Shown here piece by piece: positions 56,240-64,000 of a DNA stretch of 64,000 nucleotides. The stretch covers positions 2,112,001-2,176,000 of the forward strand of contig OY761614.1 in assembly GCA_963664825.1 (NCBI GenBank). Direction: 5' to 3'. Both the position numbers and the translations under genes were made by a program. The stretch is from an uncultured Holophaga sp. GTDB taxonomy: Bacteria; Acidobacteriota; Holophagae; Holophagales; Holophagaceae. Every line of letters starts with the position of its first letter. Position 1 is the first letter of the stretch. The notes beneath the pieces are model-generated. The model was not told where the DNA came from and searched no databases. It saw only the letters and a program-made list of their open reading frames with translations.

Positions 56240-57727
56240 TCACCACCCCTCTTTCCCAATGCCCCGGGAGCTCAGTTTCCAAGGAGACACCTGGCGGGCA
56301 GGGGCCGTCACAGGTGGAGCCTTCTTCTGGTCCGCCTGTTGGAAGAGGGTGGCCGCGATGGCCGCCGCTACTTCCTCCTTGCCCCCCAGGCCCTTGGCGC
56401 GCCGTTCGAAGAAGGGCCTGGCGACCTGGGGGAAGAGCGCGTAGCTGAGCACGTCCTCCTCGCAGCCCGCGAGCCCGCCGATCTCCTGGCGAGCGGCCTC
56501 CAGGCCTGGCGGGAGCATATCGGCGGGGCGGCAGGTGATGGGCTTTTCCGTGCCGATGGCCTTCTGGCGGATGACGGGATCCATGGGGGCGGGAGGTTGG
56601 CCGTAGTAGCCCCGGAAGTACTGCTTCACTTCCTCTGGGATGATCTTGTAGCGCTCACCGAGCATGACATTGAGTGTCGCCTGAGTTCCGACAATCTGGG
56701 ACGAGGGCGTGACCAGGGGCGGGTAGCCCATGTCCTTGCGCACCCTCGGGATCTCGTCGAGCACCTCGTAGTATTTGTCCATGGCGCCCTGCTGGCGCAG
56801 CTGGCCGATGAGGTTCGTGAGCATGCCACCGGGTACCTGGAACTGAAGCACGTTCACGTCCACCGGGGCGATGCCCGCTTCGAAGCTCGCGTATTTCTTT
56901 CGGATCTCCGTGGTCATCCGGGCGATATCGGCCAGTTTCGGAAGATCCAGGCCCGTGTCCTGCTCCGTGCCCTTGAGGGCGGCCACGATGGTTTCCGTGG
57001 GCGGCTGGGAGGTGCTCATGGCCATGGCCGAGATGGCGCAATCCACCACATCCACGCCCGCTTCGGCGGCCTTGAGGAGGGCGGCCGTGCCGAAACCCGA
57101 GGTGTAGTGGGTGTGGAGCTGCACGGGCAGACCCACGCGCTCCTTGAGGGCCTTCACCAGCTCAAAGGCCACGTAGGGCGTGATGAGCCCGGCCATGTCC
57201 TTGATGGCGATGCTATCGGCGCCCAGGCTCTTGAGATCGGCCCCCATCTTCACGAAGGCCTCCGTGCTGTGCACGGGGCTGATGGTGTAGCTGATGACGC
57301 CCTGCACATGGCCGCCTTCGCGCTTGGCGATCTTCATGGCGAATTCCATGTTGCGGAGATCATTGAGCGCGTCGAAGATGCGGAAGACATCGACGCCATT
57401 CTGCTTGGCCAGCACCACGAAGCGCTCGACGATATCGTCGGGATAGTGCTTGTAGCCCACCACATTCTGGCCCCGGAGCAGCATCTGGAAGGGGGTCTTG
57501 GGCATGGCCTTCTTGAGGGTGCGCAACCGCTCCCAGGGGTCTTCCCCGAGAAAACGCATGGCCGTATCGAAGGTGGCGCCGCCCCAGACTTCCAGAGACC
57601 AGTAGCCGATGTCATCGAGCCTGGAACAGAGGGGCAGCATGTCCTCGGTGCGCATGCGGGTGGCAAGCAGGCTCTGGTGGGCATCCCGCAGCAGCGTCTC
57701 GCAGATCCTCAGGGGATTCTTGTTCAT
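56240..57727 (-). CDS. Pyruvate/oxaloacetate carboxyltransferase (5S/OadA-like, no biotinyl domain)
   Basis: RDAHQSLLATR, WGGATFD, IKDMAG, HTH, VPGGM, PLVTPSSQIVG. Confidence 0.93.
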   Translation of the reverse strand: MNKNPLRICETLLRDAHQSLLATRMRTEDMLPLCSRLDDIGYWSLEVWGGATFDTAMRFLGEDPWERLRTLKKAMPKTPFQMLLRGQNVVGYKHYPDDIVERFVVLAKQNGVDVFRIFDALNDLRNMEFAMKIAKREGGHVQGVISYTISPVHSTEAFVKMGADLKSLGADSIAIKDMAGLITPYVAFELVKALKERVGLPVQLHTHYTSGFGTAALLKAAEAGVDVVDCAISAMAMSTSQPPTETIVAALKGTEQDTGLDLPKLADIARMTTEIRKKYASFEAGIAPVDVNVLQFQVPGGMLTNLIGQLRQQGAMDKYYEVLDEIPRVRKDMGYPPLVTPSSQIVGTQATLNVMLGERYKIIPEEVKQYFRGYYGQPPAPMDPVIRQKAIGTEKPITCRPADMLPPGLEAARQEIGGLAGCEEDVLSYALFPQVARPFFERRAKGLGGKEEVAAAIAATLFQQADQKKAPPVTAPARQVSPWKLSSRGIGKEGW

Positions 57728-57780
57728 CTGGCTACTCCATATCCGGGGGCTTCACCATCAGCGTTCCTGCCCCTGCGCGC

Positions 57781-59331
57781 TCAGAGCGGCATGGTGGAAT
57801 GCTTGCGCGGCGGGTTGCTATCGCGCTTGTTCTGGCAGATCTTCAGGGCCTCGATGAGGCGGGGGCGCGTCTCGGAGGGATCGATGACATCGTCCAGGTA
57901 GCCCCTGCCCGCGGCCACGAAGGGATTGGCGAACTTCTCCTTGTAGGTCTCGATGAGCTCCGCGCGCTTGGCTGCCGGGTCCTCGGCCTCCTGGAGCTCC
58001 TTGCGGAAGATGATGTTGACCGCGCCATCCGGGCCCATAACGGCGATTTCGCCCGTGGGCCAGGCCACGTTGTAGTCGCCGCGGATGTGCTTGGAACTCA
58101 TCACGTCGTAGGCGCCGCCGTAGGCCTTGCGCGTGATCACGGTGAGCTTGGGGACAGTCGCCTCGCAGTAGGCATAGAGCAGCTTGGCGCCATGGACGAT
58201 GATGCCGTCGTGCTCCTGGTTCACCCCGGGCATGAAGCCGGGCACATCCTCGAAGGTGATGATGGGGATATTGAATGCGTCGCAGAAGCGCACGAAACGC
58301 GCACCCTTCACCGAGGCCTTGATATCCAGCACGCCGGCCAGGAAGGTGGGTTGGTTGGCCACGATGCCCACCACATGGCCGCCCAGGCGGGCAAATCCCA
58401 CGATGATGTTGCCCGCATAGGCCGCGTGGATCTCGAAGAAGTCGCCGTTGTCGACGACCTTCGAGAGGACCTCGTGCATATCGTAGGCCTTGCGCGGATC
58501 ATCGGGCACCACGCTATTGAGCGCCTCGTCCCGGCGGTTGGGATCGTCTCCCGTATCCAGGAAGGGCGGATCCTCCATGTTATTGGAGGGGAGGTAGCTG
58601 GTCAGGGTGCGGATCTGTTCGAGGGCGTCCTGCTCGTCCTCACAGGCCAGATGGGCCACGCCGCTCTTGGTGGCGTGCACGGTGGCGCCCCCCAGATCGT
58701 CCATGCTCACGTCCTCGTGGGTGACGGTCTTCACCACATCGGGGCCCGTGATGAACATGTGGCTGGTCTTCTTGACCATCACGATGAAATCCGTGAGGGC
58801 CGGGCTGTAGACCGCGCCGCCCGCGCAGGGCCCGAGGATGGCGCTGATTTGAGGGATGACGCCCGAGGCAAGCGTATTGCGCAGAAAGATATCGGCGTAG
58901 GCCCCCAGGGAGACGACGCCCTCCTGGATGCGCGCGCCGCCCGAGTCGTTGAGGCCGATGACGGGCAGGCCGTTCTTCATGGCCAGGTCCATCACCTTGC
59001 AGATCTTCTCGGCGTGGACTTCACCCAGGGAACCGCCCAGGACCGTGAAATCCTGGCTGAAGACATATACGGATCGGCCTTGGATCTGGCCCCATCCCGT
59101 CACGACGCTATCTCCCAGGAACTCCTTCTTGTCCATGCCGAAGTCGTGGGTGCGATGGGTGACAAACGCATCTAATTCGCGGAACGTTCCCTTGTCCAGC
59201 AGCGCGTCGATGCGCTCCCGGGCCGTCAGCTTGCCCTTGTCATGCTGGGCGTCGATGCGGTCCTGCCCGCCCCCCAGGAGGGACTCTTCACGCAGCCTCT
59301 GAAGCATCTCCTTCTTGGCTTTCGTATCCAT
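57781..59331 (-). CDS. Acyl-CoA carboxyltransferase beta subunit (12S/PccB/MmdA-like)
   Basis: [40 protein letters not shown]. Confidence 0.95.
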   Translation of the reverse strand: MDTKAKKEMLQRLREESLLGGGQDRIDAQHDKGKLTARERIDALLDKGTFRELDAFVTHRTHDFGMDKKEFLGDSVVTGWGQIQGRSVYVFSQDFTVLGGSLGEVHAEKICKVMDLAMKNGLPVIGLNDSGGARIQEGVVSLGAYADIFLRNTLASGVIPQISAILGPCAGGAVYSPALTDFIVMVKKTSHMFITGPDVVKTVTHEDVSMDDLGGATVHATKSGVAHLACEDEQDALEQIRTLTSYLPSNNMEDPPFLDTGDDPNRRDEALNSVVPDDPRKAYDMHEVLSKVVDNGDFFEIHAAYAGNIIVGFARLGGHVVGIVANQPTFLAGVLDIKASVKGARFVRFCDAFNIPIITFEDVPGFMPGVNQEHDGIIVHGAKLLYAYCEATVPKLTVITRKAYGGAYDVMSSKHIRGDYNVAWPTGEIAVMGPDGAVNIIFRKELQEAEDPAAKRAELIETYKEKFANPFVAAGRGYLDDVIDPSETRPRLIEALKICQNKRDSNPPRKHSTMPL

Positions 59332-59543
59332 CCAATGTCCTCCCTAGCGTTTGAATTCCGAGGCGAAGATTCGCTGAACCCTGCTGAATCCCTTGGCGCA
59401 ATTGTGCAAGCACCGAGCCTGCAAAGGGAAAGAGAAATGGGAAGGCGCCATCCAGGACCGTCCTTCTGTCCGGAATCGAGGGCTCAGGTTCTCGGCACAG
59501 AGACTCTTCTTCCGGAAAAGCCTATGACGGGTGGCTCTTCGCC

Positions 59544-59954
59544 TCAGCGCAGGACAAGGCTTTCTTCGACCTCGAAGACCTTCACGGCCCAGGGGTATTT
59601 GAAGCGGGGACGGTCCACCACTTCCCCATCCACCGTGTCGACCCGCACCCGGTAGGTATCCCCCCGCCGGACCTGGTATTGGGTGGGGCAGGATTCGTCC
59701 CCCTGGGGCCAGAAGGCTTCGATCACGCCCTCGTAGGCATGCTTGAGGCCCCGCTCGGAGCACCAGGAGACCCGCGTGCCGATGGGCATGGGCTCTTCCA
59801 CCACCCGGGCCTTGAGACGACCCTTGAAACTATCGGTCTCCGGCCCGAAGAGCCTCTGGACGGCAGGGGCGATGATCTTCCGACGCTCCTCCCGGGAGAT
59901 GCCTTTCGGTGCCCCGGTTTCCGTTTCCACGATTTCACCTCCAAGCCCATTCAT
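59544..59954 (-). CDS. Hypothetical protein (possible SH3/KOW-like barrel)
   Basis: PIGTRVSW...EGVIEA...YRVRV; coding-like codon usage. Confidence 0.5.
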   Translation of the reverse strand: MNGLGGEIVETETGAPKGISREERRKIIAPAVQRLFGPETDSFKGRLKARVVEEPMPIGTRVSWCSERGLKHAYEGVIEAFWPQGDESCPTQYQVRRGDTYRVRVDTVDGEVVDRPRFKYPWAVKVFEVEESLVLR

Positions 59955-60100
59955 GGCCCTTGTGGAGCCCAGAATGCTGTCTCCATTGTGCCGCATCCGG
60001 GCCCAAGGTGCTGCGAATCCCCGAAGCCAGGACCCTGGGCATCGGTGACCCGTGCAACCTCGGTATGCCGATATCCTGTTTGGTTCCCACGAGGATTCTG

Positions 60101-60649
60101 ATGCTATCTGCCTACCTGCTCTGGGTGCGCGCCCATCCCCTGCTTTCGGCTGCCGTCCAGTTCGCCATTTTGGGTACTCTGGGGGAAATGGTGGCCTCAA
60201 GCCTGAAGTCGCGGCGTTTGGCCCTGCCTTGCGGAGCCTTGAAGCTGGCGCTGAAGGTCTTGGCCTGGGCCCTGCTCGGGCTGGTCATCAAATACGGGTT
60301 TACGGGGATGAAGGGCTTCACGGAGCTGCTCCTAGCCAAGGGCATGCTGCCCTCCTGTCTGGCCCAGGGGGTCGGGCATGCCATCGCGATTTCCGTCCTG
60401 ACCAATACCTTCTTCGGTCCACAGATGATGTTGTTCCACCGCATCGAGGACAACCTGATCCTGGGACAGCATGGCTTCAATGGCATCCAGAAGGCCTGGG
60501 GAACCCTGCTCTGGTTCTGGATTCCAGCCCATTCCCTGACCTTCAGCCTCCCTCCGGATTACCAGATCGGACTGGCGGCCTTCTGGGGCCTCGTCCTCGG
60601 CATCCTCCTGGGATGGGCCAAACCAGAGAGTCACTCCTCTGAGGCGTAG
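60101..60649 (+). CDS. Mpv17/PMP22-like membrane protein
   Basis: QFAILGTLGE, NTFFGPQMM, WFWIPAHSLTF. Confidence 0.75.
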   Translation: MLSAYLLWVRAHPLLSAAVQFAILGTLGEMVASSLKSRRLALPCGALKLALKVLAWALLGLVIKYGFTGMKGFTELLLAKGMLPSCLAQGVGHAIAISVLTNTFFGPQMMLFHRIEDNLILGQHGFNGIQKAWGTLLWFWIPAHSLTFSLPPDYQIGLAAFWGLVLGILLGWAKPESHSSEA

Positions 60650-63252
60650 ACTTCCCGAGGCTTCCCGGCTCCCCGATCGGATCCGATGATGCCTTCTTCC
60701 TCCATCCGGTCGATCATGCGGGCGGCGCGGCCATAGCCGATGTTCAGCTTGCGTTGGAGGAGGCTGGTGCTGGCCTTGCGCTCACGCTTCACCACCGTCA
60801 GGGCGCGGTCATAGATATCATCGCCCCCGCCGCCTTCCTCGCCGGTGGTCTGGGTGGCTTCCTCGTCGTTTTCCATGGCATTCAGCAGGGCCTGGTTGAA
60901 CTCCGGCTTCCCGTGGGCCTTGAGCCATTCCACCAGGCGCAGGGTCTCCTCCTCGGTGATGAGGGGGGCGTGGATGCGGTGGGGGCGGGCGTTCCCGGGG
61001 GCCAGGAAGAGGGCGTCTCCCTTGCCCAGGAGCTGTTCGCCGCCGCTGCTATCCAGGATGGTGCGGCTATCGATCTTGGTGTTCACCCGGTAGCTGAGGC
61101 GAGCCGGGAGGTTGGCCTTGATGACGCCGGTGACGATATCCACACTGGGGCGCTGGGTGGCCAGGATGAGATGGATGCCCACGGCCCGGGCCTTCTGGGC
61201 GATGCGGGCGATGCTCTCCTCCACCTCGCTGCGGCAGACCATCATGAGATCGGCCAGTTCATCGATGACCACCACCACGTAGGGCAGGGATTCCAGGTAG
61301 GCGGGGCGGTCCGGCCAGCGCGGGTTGGGCGTGCGGTCGCTGAGATCGATGCTGCCTCCGGCCTCGACGATCTTGGCGTTGAAGCCCTCCAGGTTGCGCA
61401 CGCTGAGCAGGGCCAGGCAACGGTAGCGGTCTTCCATCTGGGCCACCACCCACTTGAGCACCCGGCCGGCTTCCTTCATGTCCGTGACCACCGGGGCCCA
61501 CAGGTGGGGGATGTCCTCGTACATTCCCAGCTCCACCATCTTGGGATCCACCAGGATGAGCTTCACTTCGCTGGGCAGCGAACGCAGGAGCACCGAGCAG
61601 ATCATGGCGTTGACGCCCACGCTTTTGCCGCTGCCGGTGGAGCCTCCGATGAGGAGGTGGGGCATCTTGGCGAGATCGGTCACTACGGGATTGCCCGCGA
61701 TGTCCTTGCCGAGGGCCAGGGCCAAGAGGCTCCGGGCCTCCTTGTGGGCGGGGTCTCGGAAGGCGGGGCTATCGACGATCTCCCGGAAGGCGATGATCTC
61801 CCGCTTGGGATTGGGCACCTCGATGCCCACCAGGTTCCGTCCTGGGATGCGGTCGATGCGCACCTTTTCGGCCTGCAGGCCGAGAGCCAGATCGTTCTCC
61901 ATGGCGATGACCTTGGCCAGGGGCACGCCCGGGTCAGGCTGGAATTCGTAGACCGTGACCACGGGTCCGGGCTGCATGCCGACCACCGTGCCCTTCACCC
62001 TGAATTCGGAGAGCTTCTGCCCGATGAGGGCCCGGGTATCCTCCAGCACCTTGGGGTCCACGCGGGCGCCGGGTCCCGGAGGATCGAAGAGGCGCCTGGG
62101 GGGCAGTTCCAGGCGCTCCGCCGGGGCGAAGGCTGAAGTGTCGCTGTCGAGCCTGCGGGAAGTCTTCCGGGGCATGGGCGTCGGGTCCGGCAGCGGGCGC
62201 AGGGGTGTGGGTTCGGTGAGGCCCAGAGGCTGTTGCTCGGCCATGCGGCCATAGCGGTCTTGCACGACCACGGGTTGCACGAGCTGGGGCTTGGGGGGAG
62301 GGGGCGGGGGCAGATTGCGCAACAGGATTGGGGCTGGGAGGGGCACATCGGCGGGGCGCTGGAGATCCTCCAGCACCAGGGAATCCGGGAGGATCTCCGA
62401 GAAAACCATGGAATGGATGGGGGGTAGCTCCCGGGAAGGGGTATCCAGGCGCATGGACTGGATGATGGGCAGGCTCATCTCGGGAGCCAGGGGCTGGTTG
62501 TTCCGGCGATATTCGGCGGTCTCTCGCTGAGCCCGCAGGAAGGCCTCCTGTTGTTCCCTTTCCACCTGGCCCTGCTGGCTGAGGTGCTGGAACTCCGTCG
62601 CGTCCCGGGCGTCCAGGTCCGGAAGTGTCGTGGCGCGGCCGCTCTTCCAGCTCAGGAAGGGCCGTCCCAGGATGGCCAGCACCTTGCCGGGAAGGGGCTT
62701 GAGAAAGGGCCAGGCGCGCTTTCCCATCCAGCGGCTGAGCAGCGAGCCCAGGGCCCGTGTCAGGATCGGCGCCAGGACCAGTGCAGCGATCAGAATCAGG
62801 AGGGAGAGGGCCAGGGGGAGCCCCACGGGACCTAGGGCCCGCCGGCTGGGAGGCCAGAGGGCCGAACCCAGCCAGCCGCCCCAGCGCCAGGCACCGGTGG
62901 ATTGCCCTGTTTCCGAGGTCCAGCTGCGGGTCCCGAAGGCCCCCAACAGGGTCCACAGGGAGAGGCTCAATACGCACCAGGCCAGGCGCCGGGGCCACTT
63001 GAGGCCATCCCGGGTGAAGACCTCCCAGAGGATGTAGGCCGGGACCAGCCAGGCCCCCACGCCCACCAGGGTCTCGAGGAATCCGGCCAGATGGGCGCCG
63101 AAGAGCCCGCAGGGGTTGTGAACAGCCCCTCCCACGGCCCCTTGGGAGAAGATATGGGGATCCAACGGATGGAAGAAGAACAGCGACACCCCGAGCAGCA
63201 GCGCGAAAAATCCCGCCACGACCCTGAGCAGCAGTCTGCCCATCCCCTTCAC
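60631..63252 (-). CDS. ftsK: DNA translocase FtsK
   Basis: 4TM N-terminus, MPHLLIGGSTGSGKS, VIDELADLMM, ATQRPS, gamma domain LQRKLNIGYGRAAR. Confidence 0.96.
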   Translation of the reverse strand: MKGMGRLLLRVVAGFFALLLGVSLFFFHPLDPHIFSQGAVGGAVHNPCGLFGAHLAGFLETLVGVGAWLVPAYILWEVFTRDGLKWPRRLAWCVLSLSLWTLLGAFGTRSWTSETGQSTGAWRWGGWLGSALWPPSRRALGPVGLPLALSLLILIAALVLAPILTRALGSLLSRWMGKRAWPFLKPLPGKVLAILGRPFLSWKSGRATTLPDLDARDATEFQHLSQQGQVEREQQEAFLRAQRETAEYRRNNQPLAPEMSLPIIQSMRLDTPSRELPPIHSMVFSEILPDSLVLEDLQRPADVPLPAPILLRNLPPPPPPKPQLVQPVVVQDRYGRMAEQQPLGLTEPTPLRPLPDPTPMPRKTSRRLDSDTSAFAPAERLELPPRRLFDPPGPGARVDPKVLEDTRALIGQKLSEFRVKGTVVGMQPGPVVTVYEFQPDPGVPLAKVIAMENDLALGLQAEKVRIDRIPGRNLVGIEVPNPKREIIAFREIVDSPAFRDPAHKEARSLLALALGKDIAGNPVVTDLAKMPHLLIGGSTGSGKSVGVNAMICSVLLRSLPSEVKLILVDPKMVELGMYEDIPHLWAPVVTDMKEAGRVLKWVVAQMEDRYRCLALLSVRNLEGFNAKIVEAGGSIDLSDRTPNPRWPDRPAYLESLPYVVVVIDELADLMMVCRSEVEESIARIAQKARAVGIHLILATQRPSVDIVTGVIKANLPARLSYRVNTKIDSRTILDSSGGEQLLGKGDALFLAPGNARPHRIHAPLITEEETLRLVEWLKAHGKPEFNQALLNAMENDEEATQTTGEEGGGGDDIYDRALTVVKRERKASTSLLQRKLNIGYGRAARMIDRMEEEGIIGSDRGAGKPREVYASEE

Positions 63253-63293
63253 GCGACCTCCTGGTAATCCTCGAGTCTAGCCTAGGCTGGCGC

Positions 63294-64000
63294 CTAGCGC
63301 TGGGCTGTGACGGAGGCCGAAGAAGAGCCTGAGGCCAGGAGTGCGGTCCGGCGGGCCCGCTCCCAGGCGGGTTTCCCGCTGGCCTGGACATAGCTTCCCA
63401 CCTTCTCGAAGCGCCAGCCGTCCTGGATGGCGCGATCCAGGAAGGGCCCCAGGACCCGCGCCGGGCGGTCTTCGGCGGGGCGAGCCGAACCCAGGTGCAT
63501 CAGTACGATGAGACCGTCGCCGTCCTGGCGCTCCATGCGGTTATGGAGGCGATCCAGGATGGCGTTGCCGGTGCGGTAGAGCTTCCGCTCCTTAAGGGTG
63601 GCCCAGTCCAGGGTATCGGCCCCTTCGCTCCAGCCCACGTGGCGGTAGCCCAGCTCCTCGGCCCATCTGCGGAGTTCGAGGGTGTGCTCGCCGTAGGGGG
63701 CGCGCCACAGGGGATCCATGGGACGTCCCAGGAGATGAAAGAAGGCCTGATCTGCGCTGAGGAGCTCGCGCTGGAAGCGCTCCTTCGTCCATCTGGGATC
63801 CCGGGCGCCGTGGGGAGCCAGGTGAGGATGATCCTGGGTGTGGTTGCCAATCTCGTGGCCATCGCGATCGATGCGGCGCACGATCTCCGGGAACTTCTGG
63901 ATGAAGGCGCCGGTGAGGAAGAAGGTGCAGTGCAGGTTCCGGGCCTTCAAGGCCTCCAGCACATCCAGGGCCACCTCCGAGGTGGAGCCCCCGTCGAAGG
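63294..64000 (-). CDS. Polysaccharide deacetylase (NodB/CE4); 5' end lies outside the window
   Basis: FDGG, TFFLTG, GHEIGNHTQDH, RAPYG, LMHLG. Confidence 0.88.
   Translation of the reverse strand, partial: FDGGSTSEVALDVLEALKARNLHCTFFLTGAFIQKFPEIVRRIDRDGHEIGNHTQDHPHLAPHGARDPRWTKERFQRELLSADQAFFHLLGRPMDPLWRAPYGEHTLELRRWAEELGYRHVGWSEGADTLDWATLKERKLYRTGNAILDRLHNRMERQDGDGLIVLMHLGSARPAEDRPARVLGPFLDRAIQDGWRFEKVGSYVQASGKPAWERARRTALLASGSSSASVTAQR

Noticed and set aside
59394..59410. Sigma54 promoter TGGCGC...TGCA
   Set aside because: GG-GC spacing is 9 rather than 10, and it faces away from the adjacent operon

Overview
GC-rich (about 65%) bacterial chromosomal window. Gene content and style suggest Acidobacteriota, class Holophagae (Geothrix/Holophaga-like); this is inference only. 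Most of it is housekeeping: rseP, dxr-cdsA-uppS, apbC/mrp, rplY-pth-rpsF-rpsR with an S6:S18 leader, smpB, hemW, gmhA, pyrF, rsmG, ybeY, yebC, copA/copZ, ftsK and several peptidases. Features that stand out: (1) an MglA-type small GTPase fused to coiled-coil, PAS, degenerate histidine kinase and intact receiver domains; (2) an operon of three paralogous secreted TPR/coiled-coil proteins of unknown function; (3) a 2.9-kb islet at tRNA-fMet bounded by 177-bp direct repeats that carry a terminator, a tRNA-derived palindrome and pseudo-tRNA 3' ends with variable 7-nt cores, holding an IS256-interrupted membrane gene; (4) a tandem covarying hairpin motif between uppS and the GTPase fusion; (5) two paralogous LytS/LytTR systems with candidate autoregulatory boxes; (6) a transcarboxylase-like 12S-5S-1.3S operon; (7) YbeY with an AT-hook tail; (8) a frameshifted DUF2231/cytochrome P460-fold gene. 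All calls come from reading motifs by eye; no database searches were run.
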